DNA from: Fimbriosthenelais zetlandica
Taxonomy: Eukaryota
Direction: 5' to 3'
NCBI GenBank assembly: GCA_977030845.1
Contig: OZ365112.1
Span: 26,226,001-26,290,000 of the forward strand
DNA length: 64,000 nucleotides
In this document: piece by piece, positions 1-11,051 of the stretch
Position numbering within the stretch: the stretch's first letter is position 1
Layout: every line of letters begins with the position of its first letter
Notes under the pieces: model-generated
The model's database searches: none
The model's input: only the letters and a program-made list of their open reading frames with translations
What the model was told of the DNA's origin: nothing
Translations under genes and position numbers: made by a program

Positions 1-2100
1 CTATTGACCAGGCTGTGAGAGAGGGATGGGGGAGGATGTAGGAGGGAGGAAACAAGCGAATTTTTATGGTGAATGGCTAGCGCAAGTACAGAAATAAATA
101 CACCGAGTTGGATTAGAAAGGAGAAACTTAATATAGAGAAGCAGCACAGAATAAGATCCTAAGTTCAATGAAAAAATGACTGAACTAAAAAAAAAACTAG
201 ATTGAATGCTAAATAAGAATCTAAAGAAAAAGTGGACAAAATAAATGGTAAAGAACTGACTATCCTAACACAAAATCTAATTCGCGATATAGCTAGACTT
301 CACTGAACTAAATCTAATCAAATCATACGAAAAGGAGTAGGATGGAATATAGGCCTACTAAATAAATTCTACAACTAAAACTGGGTCATAATCAAAAGAA
401 TGCACTAAAGACGACACTGTACTTATTGGGAGAAAAATATCACTAGAAACTAAAATGAACTAAACTAAAATATCTATCCTAACAAAGCAAATATAGAACT
501 TTAAATAGAACTTTAAATGGGAGGGAAGGGAGGTCAATGCTAATCGAATTAAATCCAGATGCGTGAACAAAATAGAATCGACCAGGATAGAAAACACTAA
601 GTTAAAAGGCACTCTAAAATAAAGATATATCTACAATATAAGCAATAGAATAGGGGACAAAATAACCTACACTAAGTCGGATGGAAAATATCCCAATAAA
701 TTCTACAAATAAAACTGGGTTATAAAAAACAGATGGACTAAAGACGAGCCTGTACTTTATGGGTGAAAAATGTCACTAGAAACTAAAATAAACTGAACTA
801 AAATAACTGCCCTAACAAAGCAAATATTAAACTTAGAAAAAAGAAAATCAAGTAGGATGTACTATACTAAATCTACAAATAAAAATGGATCTAAAAAGAC
901 TTGGACTAAAGGGAGGTATACTGAACTGTATAATAACTAACTCGAGATAAGCTAGGGTAGACTGCACTGAACTAAATATTTAATCAAATAGCCATGGAGT
1001 AGGATGGAGTATTCTAAATTAAATCTAAAAATAAAACTGGTTATAACAAAAAAAAATGGACTAAAGATGATACTGTACTTAATGGGAGAAAAATGTCACT
1101 AGAAACTAAAATAAACTATACTAAAATAACTGCCCTAACAAAGCGAATATTAAACTAATCGAATATTAAACTAATCGAATTAAATCCAGATGAGTCCACA
1201 AAATAGAATCAACGAGGACAGTAAACACTAAGTTTAAAGGCACTCTAAAATAAAGATATGTCTACAATATCAGGTAAGAGAATAGGGGACAAAATAGTCT
1301 ATACTCAGTGAGAAAATGCTAAATATATTTGACTGGGACAAAAATATCAAGGAGCTACAATAGGGGGAACTGTGTTCTCAAGGGGTCAAGAAAAAATGAG
1401 GGATAAAATAATAGGGACGAGGAAATGAGGGATAAAATAATAAACTAATTCGGAATATTGAGCTCTATATAAAGAGAGCTTCAACTAGCATAGACCGCCC
1501 TGAAAGATACTGCACTTTATCTATACTGCTAAATATTCCAAAAGACAATGGAATATGAGGGAATATACTAAACTAAATTTAAAGTTTAAATGCAATCTAA
1601 AATAAAGATATGTCTAGAATCGACCAGGATAGAAAACACTAAGTTAAAAGGCACTCTAAAATAAAGATATGTCTACAATATAAGTAAGAGAATAGGGAAC
1701 AAAACAACCTACACTCGGCGATAAAATGGATTTTACAGGGACAAATATATCAAGGAGCTACAACAGGAGGAACTATGTTATAGAAGGCTCAAGAAAAGGA
1801 TAAAATAATAAACTAATTTGGAATATTGAGCTCTCTAATTATGAAGAGTGCTTCAACTAGCATACTGCCCTGAAAAATACTGAACTAATCTATACTCCTA
1901 AATATTTAAAGAGCCACAAGAAAATGGAGTAGATGGGAATCTAAAATTTATCGAAAATGGAACAGAAATATAATAAAAAGTTGGACAAATAAGACACTGT
2001 ACTTTATGGGAGAGAAAAAGAGATAAATATCAATAGAATTAAATCAAAAAAAAGATAAAATGGACGAAGATAGAATGCACTCAGTACAGAGGCAATACAA
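1..2100. repeat. Degenerate patchwork tandem repeat of several 90-220 bp A-rich modules
   Basis: Module 'ctgtactt..tggg.gaaaaat.tcactagaaactaaaat...ctaacaaagc' at ~415, ~748, ~1073. Module 'aatcgaccaggatagaaaacactaagttaaaaggcactctaaaataaagatat.tctacaatat' at ~577, ~1206, ~1618. Module 'tatcaaggagctacaa...cttcaactagcata' at ~1345, ~1746. Strong A-rich strand bias. Confidence 0.8.
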
Positions 2101-2499
2101 TTATTTAATTTAGATAATTATGCTGAAATCTAGGTCATCAGTTCTGTCTTGATTCCAGAATTTTTGGGGGGGTTCTTCGATGGAATTACAAGTAATTTAT
2201 ATCTATATGGGACTTCCTTTATTTACTTTATCCATTATAATAATATCTAACAAAAGGATGGCAAAACATTAAAACTACATGAAATGGGAAAAAAATCTTT
2301 AAAAACCCCAAAACTTTTTTTGGCCTCATAGAAGAGTCAAGAATCAAAGAGATCAAACTCAAAATTAAGAGGTACCAGGCTCAGGTGAGGTCTATCTACA
2401 TTCTCAACTTACATGAATCGCCAACAAACGGACAAAAGACACTAAGATAATCGACTCCACTAAGAGAAAATAGAAGAAATATTGGACAAGACCTCAACG

Positions 2500-2650
2500 A
2501 AAAACTATCTACAAAAACTACTTATCCTACAAAAACTACCTATCCTACAAAAACTACTTATTCTACAAAAACTACCTATCCTACAAAACTACATATCCTA
2601 CAAAAACTACCTATCCTACAAAACTACCTATCCTACAAAAACTACCTATT
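2500..2650. repeat. 18-bp minisatellite (ctacaaaaactacctatc), ~8 copies
   Basis: Direct reading; explains the repetitive ORF 2482..2676. Confidence 0.9.
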
Positions 2651-2764
2651 CTGCAATTACACAAATGACAAGCTGAAAAGAAAAGGCCCTTACGTACAGA
2701 GAAAAGAGGTTAATAAGTGTGCTTATAGCTGACTAAAACCTGCAAAAGATACTTAATACCTAGT

Positions 2765-3172
2765 ATGCACCAGTCAATGTGCCGCCCTCCACCAACCCCC
2801 AGGCTGACCAGGACATTTCAGACCACCTCCAAAAATGTGTGTCTTAAAATTTGACATCCAAATATTTCAATTTAAAAATTGAGATCATAAGCTGGAATCT
2901 AGGTCATCGGTTCTGTTTTTTGATCCAAGAATTTGTTGGTGCGGTCGAAAAATTAATGTCTTATTTCCAGGTTTTCCTTACAATTATAAGTCGGAAATGT
3001 TGTGATTTTATAATAATATTATATGGTCGCTGAATGTTTCTAATAATGGTTAAATATTCTAAAATTCCCAAGGCGAAAAAAGTCTGAATCCCCGCGTGGT
3101 TCTGCCCCAACTTTTCTGAACCCCCAGATCAGCCCGCGGTGGCGGAGTTCGGGGGCACATTGACTGGTGCAT
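2765..3172. mobile_element. Non-autonomous DNA transposon (MITE), ~408 bp, superfamily unassigned
   Basis: Perfect 19-bp terminal inverted repeat: atgcaccagtcaatgtgcc (2765-2783) and ggcacattgactggtgcat (3154-3172). No coding capacity and no clean TSD. Interior segment ~2885-2960 resembles ~2118-2190. Confidence 0.75.
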
Positions 3173-3194
3173 TAATTAATTTAAATTGTCTTAC

Positions 3195-3263
3195 CTTCAG
3201 CCAGATAGTCAGGAGGAACTCGGATGATTGTTGTGCCTGAAGAAATGTTCCAGTAGATATCAG
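3195..3263 (-). CDS. Candidate phase 1-1 exon (A)DIYWNISSGTTIIRVPPDYLAE of a putative minus-strand secreted/surface protein gene
   Basis: Strong minus donor GAAG|GTAAGA after 3195. Weak acceptor ccaccaacag before 3263. Open in phase 1 and contains an N-I-S sequon. A stronger acceptor at 3338 gives stops in all frames. Confidence 0.25.
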
Positions 3264-4664
3264 CTGTTGGTGGACATCAATACGAATGACTCAGCAGATC
3301 CAGTACCAATCAATACCAATGGCTCAGAAGATCCAGTCCTGAAAGTAACCGTAAATATTAGCAAAAGTAAAAGTAAAAAAAATACTAGAGAAGTTGAGAT
3401 GGAAAGAGTACAGTTATTAGAGAGTTATAGTGGCGTGTGAAAGAGAGAAGGACAAGGGAATGAAGAAAAGGGGAAGGTTTGGACGGAGGGAAAGGAAGGA
3501 CGGGAAATAAATAAACTGAATAAATTAAATGAATGAAACATTTGAAATATATTAAGTGCGAAATCCTTATGATCTCAAAGTGCCCAGGCACCCGAGTTCA
3601 TCTTCCAGCCACCTTCACTGCTACGAGTGGTTTCTGAAATGCTCACTTAAACGAATACATCCGGCAGTGTGCTCCGCCATCAAACCCAATAGTGACACCT
3701 GGGTGACACCTAGGTAGGGGTCGGTACTTCACCAAATGAAACCCGCATGAACACCCATAGCCAGCACGCAAGCGCAGTTCCAGCTTTTGGAAGACTTGTC
3801 CTAAGGATCTCAGAGGCACTTTCTAAATTAGTGCCTGTACGAAAATTATCAGGACGAGTGGGTTGGGAGTCGAGAGGAGGGAGGGCTTTAGGGCAACGTG
3901 AATGGGGTTGCAGGTCAAGGGGAAGGGGTGGCAGAGCAAAAGGATGGTTGAGAAGAAATAGCTAGAAGAAGAGAGAATTGAGAAAGCAGAGGCATGGAAA
4001 TTCAGGTTAAATTCAAGTACAAAAAATTTTGCTAAGTAGGTTGTCTGAAACCTACCTTTACTAGGGCCAAAAATTCTGGCATGGAAGTAGAAATACCATT
4101 CCTGAAATCAGGAACTTAATATTACTAACTTGCCAGTATTGGGTATTATATTATTCAGTGTTAAGAAACACCAAATATCAGCAAAAACAACAAATAAATA
4201 GTACAAAAATGTGACGGAATGAGTAGAATTATTAGCATGAAAAACAGTGGTGTGTGGAAGGGGGACGAGGGGAAGGTAGCCTATGGTCAAGGAGGAAACT
4301 TCGAAGTGGTGTAAGAAAGAGAGGATGGTCCTTCACTATTATGGTTCAACTTAGGATCCAAGTTCAAAATAATCCTTTACATTTTAATAGAGATTTTACA
4401 CGTTTTTCTAAATCATTACATTGTACCAAAGGTTTGGCAATTCATTCCTCCCTCCCCCACCAACTTCATATATGTCACCCAATCTATTCTAAGACCTGGC
4501 CTTGTCCAAGGAGGCACTAGGCCCACCTACACATTCTTGCACATATAAACAATACTAACAGGTCACCAATACCAGTCAGACCACACTGTTGATCACCAGT
4601 CACCTGTACTCGTTCTATCACCTGATTATCCTGCCTCATTGATTCAACCTGCTATTGTACACAT

Positions 4665-4735
4665 CCCCTGTGGCCTAAAGCATAGAGTGTAGGACTCCCA
4701 GGCTGGAGACCGGGGTTCAATTCCCTTACGTGTCA
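4665..4735 (+). mobile_element. Degenerate tRNA-derived SINE head
   Basis: A-box-like TGGCCTAAAGC (~4671) and B box GGTTCAATTCC (4714-4724) at tRNA-like spacing; no complete cloverleaf. Confidence 0.45.
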
Positions 4736-4839
4736 TTGATTTTCTATTAGCCTTCATTCTACAGCTAAATTTCTATTTTAATTCATTCACATCAGTTTTA
4801 ATCAGGATGTGAGAGTGAAACCAAAGATAGTGGAGAAAC

Positions 4840-4985
4840 GGACAGTGAGGGAGAGCAAGAGGGAGGGAGAGAGCAAGGAGGAGAGAGAGAGTGGGACATC
4901 AAGGGGGAGGGAGAGAGCAAGAGGGAGAGTGTGTGAGTGATAGGGAGGGAGACGGGGAGAGAGAGAGAGGGAGGGGGGGAAATAC
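4840..4985. repeat. GA-rich low-complexity tract
   Basis: Purine-rich gga/gag runs; source of spurious minus-strand ORFs. Confidence 0.85.
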
Positions 4986-5539
4986 AGAAAGAAAAACACA
5001 CAATACATAAAAGTACATAAAGAAAAACCTAAACTATACGCGAATATATATCTATATTCTTACCTTTAATTTATCTGAGGCAGTGCATGCACTCTGATGT
5101 GAAGCGGAAGAAGTTGAGACGATGACGATGCTGCAGGGCGTGGCACAACGATTTTTCCCCTAAAATATGATAAATAATATTCATTAGCATGGGGAAATAT
5201 ATAAAATGTGGTGGAAAAATAACACAAAAATTACTGCATCCAATATGAACTTTACATAAATTGGAACACCTGTTACATGTTCGTTAAGATGTTCAAATAT
5301 TGAGAGTGGTAATTCCACTGAATAAAGACTGACGAGGAAATTTACTTTTGCAGAAATTTGGATGCCAAAATATTAGTACTGAGATGTGATATAATCTAAA
5401 TGGTCGGTCAATTAAATGCATGTACGGTACATTTTAACCAAACAGAGGGCATTATTAGTAAACCACAAATTCGGATAACCACATTTTCGACCTCTTAAAT
5501 TATCTGCGTTTTCGGTATTTTGATAACTGCCTTATTTCC

Positions 5540-6245
5540 CTTACTAACTAAATTTCATATTGCATTTATTGACCACTAAACTTAAATTTCGACCAGCTAA
5601 ATGTAATCTATGGTGGTCTGTACAGACCACGGGATTCAACATTTAATTCCGAGCCCTGTTAAACACATTATACAAGTCTCATATCTAAAGGCGGACAAAT
5701 TTTGATATTCCTAATTTAAAAACTGAAGGTGGGAAACTTCAAGTACCAATCAATATCAATCAGTCAAGATTCATTTCCAAACAAGACCCTACCATTGTGG
5801 GGACGAGTTCTAATCTACCAAATATCTAACCAGAAAAATACCGCATCATTGCGTTTCCAGGGTAACAAAACCTACTATGAGTATAAAATGATGTCATCTC
5901 AAGACACATGTGAAAATTTAATTGGTCTCAAAATTGAGAAAGTGGACAGAAATTAGCTTCAAAACAAGACGAGACGAAGCCATAATGGACGCCATGCATG
6001 GGTCGAACTCTCAGAAAACCGGTACAACTTCAATGTTAAATTTCTGCTACTTTTAAACATGTCAGATAATATATAACACCAATACACATCCCCTGGTATA
6101 TAGACGTCATCTCCAACACAAAACTAGATGAGAAAAAGGCTTTAAAAACTTACATTTTGATGAATATTCCGGTCAGAAGGCGAGGAGTGTTATACAGGTA
6201 GCCATTTTCTTAGCACTTTCTTCACACACCTGGAACCAAGGTGGA
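5540..6245 (+). repeat. Diverged direct duplicate, block A (partner at ~10438-10890)
   Basis: Shared colinear anchors: gaccactaaacttaa, tgtaatctatggtggtctg, gattcaacattt, cgagccctgttaa, acgccatg, aaaaacttacatttt, cacacctg..a.caaggtgga.cagg. Confidence 0.7.
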
Positions 6246-6689
6246 GCAGGCGGTGTTCGAAACAATTGTAGTGGAGCGGGTTTTAAAATAACTTTTTGAA
6301 TTGCTATATTTGCATGGGGAATCTCTGGCTCTCTACACCAGGATTCCCTACCTCCCACTCAAGCATGTTGCTTGCTCTTTTACAATATTATTTATCAATA
6401 TTCGCCTTATTATTTTATAACTGTATTTTATCTCCATGTACATATATAGTCCAGACTTTTATGATTTATACAATCCAACTTTTATATTTATGTCTATATT
6501 CAAGTTGTTCTTATCAATGCATGTTTTATAGACACCATCATTTTACATATAGGTTAACATATTAGATGGGAGTCGGCCCTTTCAGTATTCCGACGTACGG
6601 TACGCTAATTCAACGAGAGCAAACTTCGGGCATCATAAATATTTACGTACTTGTTTGCGGTGAAAAAATATGATTAGGCCTATTAGGTT

Positions 6690-6975
6690 AACCCCTATAG
6701 GCCTAGAAAACAAAGTGTCCGGCTCGCGCTCGCAGACGGACTCCCTATTACGACGGTGAGTCAAGAAGGGGTCGTTTATATGTAAGTCGGGCCCAAGACT
6801 CGAACGTACTCGAACCTTCCGATTAGGAAGCCAACGCTCTACCGACTGAGCTACCAAGGATAGGACACTAAGCACCGCATACTTCATAAGCTAGTTATGT
6901 AATCCTAGGCCTGAAGACTCCAAACACGGAGGACCTACTCTGACCACTATATTGTGGCGGCGCCTGGCGGGACTC
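6690..6975 (-). mobile_element. Left arm: conserved flank + tRNA-like Pol III head + SINE-like body, reverse complement of 11052-11790
   Basis: Minus strand reads cccgccagg..gccaca..tagtggtcag..ggtcctccgtgtttggagtcttcaggcctaggattacata..gcttatgaag, then A box TAGCTCAGTCGG (6853-6842), B box GTTCGAGTC (6805-6797), then ggcccgactt..taaacgacccc.tcttgactcaccg..gggagtcc.gtctgcgagcg.gagccgga. Confidence 0.8.
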
Positions 6976-7451
6976 GAGATAGGCTGCATAGATCTCGAGA
7001 TAGATCTCGATATTATATAGAATGAGATAGAGATTACTGATACAGAGGGAAAGAGGGATAACAAGATAGAGAATGGTGGAAGGAATTAATTTTACGACTT
7101 AAGACTTTAATTTGTATCATGACTTGTATCTGTGTTGAGCATGACTTGACAAATTCCGATATTTGAGGCAAAATAAAAAAAATCCTTTTTTATCCATAAC
7201 AATTATATTTTGATAGATTTCGGAGCCTAAGTAGCCTAAGGTCCACGGTTTCTGAACACACCCGACTGACCAACTGATTATAAGTTTGAAAATTACATAT
7301 TACAGTTTAGGGGTAAATTCATAGGACAAAATCGGGACATGCACTTTCCGTAGCACGACAGCCGACGCAGGGGAAGTCAGTCGCAAAGGCACAACTGTCG
7401 CACGAAAGCGCGACCACCGTCACACCTTCGCACGACAGCCGTTGACTTACC

Positions 7452-10170
7452 ACTGACGAAATGGAAAATATTGCAAAGAGTGTTTACTGAGAGAAAATTC
7501 AGTTCAATGGAGTCAAAATACGAAATATGAATCGATAAACAGTATATCTACCTGCATACATGACGTCTGAGGCCAGGCAACTCCTGAAAATTCGAAGGGC
7601 GAAAAAGGGCGAAAAACCTGCTTCCGTAGAGTTAGCATTGACCGTTAGTTCACGCTTCTGCCAGGGTGTGGCGTCGTAGTATGGGGCGCTATCAGCACGC
7701 TCAGGAGCCATTTCTGAAGTAAATTATGGTTCAATTAAGTCAAAATTCAACATGACACTAGATTAAAAGTGTATCTACAATCATATATAGATTTTAAGAA
7801 ATAAGAACGGCTACAAACTACATAAATGGTGCCTGAAATTTGCTCCCGTTGAATTAGCACTGACGAAATGGAGAATATTACAAAGGTGATTTCCGAGAGA
7901 AAATACAATTTAATGGAGTCAAAATACAAAATATGAATAGGTGATCCGTATATCTACCTGTATACATGGTGTTTGAGGCCTGGCATTTCCTGGATATTCG
8001 CTAAAAGGTGAGAAAAACCGTTTTCCATAGAGTTAGCACTGAGCGATAGTTCACGCTTCTGCCGGGGGTGGCGTCGTGGTATGGGGCGCTATCAGCACAC
8101 TCAGGACTCATTTCTGAAGTAAATTACAATTCAATTAAGTCAAAATCCAACATGAGAATAGATTTAAAGTGTATCTATAATCCTCCATACAGGTTGGGAT
8201 ATAAAAACGGCTAAAAACTACATAAATGATGCCTGAAGTTTGCTCCCGTTGAATTAGCACTGAGGAAATGGATAATATTACAAATGTGTTTTCTGACAGA
8301 AAATAAAATTTCAATGGAGTCACAATACGAAATATAAATAGATGAACAGTATATCTACCTGCATACATGGTGTCTGACGCCAGGCAACTCCTGAATATTC
8401 GGTAAAAGGGGCGAAACCCCTTTTTCCATAGAGTTAGCACTGAGCGTTAGTTCACGCTTTTGTCGGGATGTGGCGTCGTGGTATGGGGCGCCATCAGCAT
8501 ACTCAGGGGCCATTTCTGAATTAAATTACAGTTCAATTAAGTCAAAATCCAACATGACAATAGATTAAAAGTGTATCTACAATCATGGATACATTTTTAG
8601 ATATACAACCGGTTAATAATTACATAAATGATGCCTGAAGTTTGCTTCCGTTGAATTAGCACTGACGAAATTAAGAATATTACAAAGGCGTTTTCTGAGA
8701 GAAAATACATTTCAAAGCAGTCAAAATACGAAATATGAATAGCTAAACAGTATATCTACGTGTATACATGGTGTCTGAGGCCAGGCAATTACTGAATATT
8801 CGATAAAAGGGACGAAAACCCTTTTTCCATAGAGTTAGCACTGAGCGTTAGTTCACGCTTTTACCGGAATGTGGCGTCGTGGTATGGGGCGCTATCAGCA
8901 CGGTCAGGAGCCATTTCTGAAGTATATTACAGTTCAATTAAGTCAAAATTCAACATGACACTAGATTAAAAGTGTATCTACAATCATATATAGATTTTAA
9001 GAAATAAGAACGGCTACAAACTACATAAATGGTGCCCGAAATTTCTCCCGTTGAATTAGCACTGACGAAATGGAGAATATTACAAAGGAGATTTCCGAGA
9101 GAAAATACAATTTAATGGAGTCAAAATACAAAATATGAATAGGTGGTCCGTATATCTACCTGTATACATGGTGTTTGAGGCTGTCATTTCCTGGATATTT
9201 GCTAAAAGGTGAGAAAAACCGTTTTCCATAGAGTTAGCACTGAGCGATAGTTCACGCTTCTGCCGGGGTGGCGTCGTGGTATGGGGCGCTATCAGCACAC
9301 TCAGGACTCATTTCTGAAGTAAATTACAGTTCAATTAAGTCAAAATCCAACATGAGAATAGATTTAAAGTGTATCTATAATCCTCCATACAGGTTGGGAT
9401 ATAAAAACGGCTAAAAACTACATAAATGATGCCTGAAGTTTGCTCCCGTTGAATTAGCACTGACGAAATGGATAATATTACAAATGTGTTTTCTGACAGA
9501 AAATACATTTCAATGGAGTCACAATACGAAATATAAATAGATGAACAGTATATCTACCTGCATACATGGTGTTTGACGCCAGGCAACTCCTGAATATTCG
9601 GTAAAAGGGGCGAAAACCCTTTTTCCATAGAGTTAGCACTGAGCGTTAGTTCACGCTTTTGTCGGGATGTGGCGTCGTGGTATGGGGCGCTATCAGCATA
9701 CTCAGGAGCCATTTCTGAATTAAATTGCAGTTCAATTAAGTCAAAATCCAACATGACAATAGATTAAAGGTGTATCTACAATCATGGATAGATTTTTAGA
9801 TATACAACCGGTTAAAAATTACATAAATGATGCCTGAAGTTTGCTCCCGTTGAATTAGCACTGACGAAATTAAGAATATCACAAAGGTGTTTTCTGAGAG
9901 AAAATACATTTCAAAGGAGTCAACATACGAAATATGAATAGCTAAACAGTATATCTACCTCTATACATGGTGTCTGAGGCCAGGCAATCACTGAATATTC
10001 GATAAAAGGGACGAAAACCCTTTTTCCATAGAGTTAGCACTGAGCGCTAGTTCACGCTTTTACCGGAATGTGGCGTCGTGGTATGGGGCGCTATCAGCAC
10101 ACTCAGGGCCCATTTCTGAAGTAAATTACAGTTCAATTAAGTCAAAATCCAACATGAGAATAGATTAAAG
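7452..10170. repeat. ~400-bp tandem array, ~6.8 monomers, with a 3-monomer (~1200 bp) higher-order repeat
   Basis: Anchor gaattagcactga at 7851, 8251, 8653, 9053, 9451, 9852 (spacings 400, 402, 400, 398, 401). Diagnostic variants recur at 1199-1202 bp. Confidence 0.95.
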
Positions 10171-10437
10171 GTACTGAAGGCCATCCTCCCTGTGAGTGCT
10201 ATGAGAAGGGCGACAGGCGACGTCTAGACCGCCGTTGGGCTCTGCTATACCGAGATCGCGGCGATGTGGGCGGGTCAAAGGCACGGGGTGATGAGCGGTC
10301 ATTTTGATATAGATTATATCATAATTATATCAATAATTAATTGGCAGTGACTTTCATACAATGTACACTTTAGCAATCCTTTAACAAAGTAATACACTTA
10401 AATTGTGTGTGTTGTGGGTAGTTTGAAAACCACCTTT

Positions 10438-10890
10438 TCCTTACTATTTAAATTTTATTTAACATTGGCCGACCACTAAACTTAAGTTTGGACCACCCAT
10501 TTGTAATCTATGGTGGTCTGCACAAACCAAAAGATTCAACATTTCGAGCCCTGTTAACTTTCAGAGAAATTATATAGTAATAACCTAGTAATAATTTCGA
10601 ATCATTACAAACGTTTCACAGAGCCGAGCAGGGTGAGAGAACGCCATGTTTTCCACACTAGACAACCTGCACAATTCAAGGTTCAATTTCTCCCAGATAT
10701 CCAACATGTAACATAGTATTAAACATCAGTATACATTCCGTACAATACGAACTTAGTGTTCAGCACGAAATTAGTTGGGAAACCAGGTTAAAAACTTACA
10801 TTTTCGTAAATATTTCCAAAATGTCAAGCTTCAACATGCCGGCAAGCTAGCAGGGGTCCCCACACCTGTAAACAAGGTGGATCAGGTATA
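10438..10890 (+). repeat. Diverged direct duplicate, block A' (partner of 5540-6245)
   Basis: Same ordered anchors as block A, with a shorter middle section. Confidence 0.7.
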
Positions 10891-10977
10891 GGGAGGAAGG
10901 TAAGTTGATTGGTTTTAAATTTAGAAATATGGCAATTGTCCAAAGACGAGAAAAATGGGAGGGAGGGAGGGCACTAG

Positions 10978-11051
10978 AGTTAGCACTGAGCGATAGTTCA
11001 CACTTATACCGTGGGTGGCGTCGTAGTACGGGGCGCTATCCGCTCACTCAG
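10978..11051 (+). repeat. Solo diverged fragment of the 400-bp monomer, fused to the right arm
   Basis: gagttagcactgagcgatagttcac..gtggcgtcgtagtacggggcgctatc..actcag matches the monomer core. Confidence 0.85.

Noticed and set aside
3195-3338. Selenoprotein exon (in-frame TGAs)
   Set aside because: The TGAs come largely from a local duplication, there is no UxxC-type context or similarity to SelP, and no SECIS is visible.
5134-5658. Intact hAT MITE bounded by CAGGGC...GCCCTG
   Set aside because: Only 6 bp of terminal match and no 8-bp TSD (cgatgctg vs ttaaacac).
7452-10170. CRISPR-like array, 5S rDNA array, or coding repeat (ORFs such as 8135..8440)
   Set aside because: No unique spacers and the DNA is eukaryotic; only a 9-nt CCATACCAC match to 5S; ORFs break at different places in different monomers.
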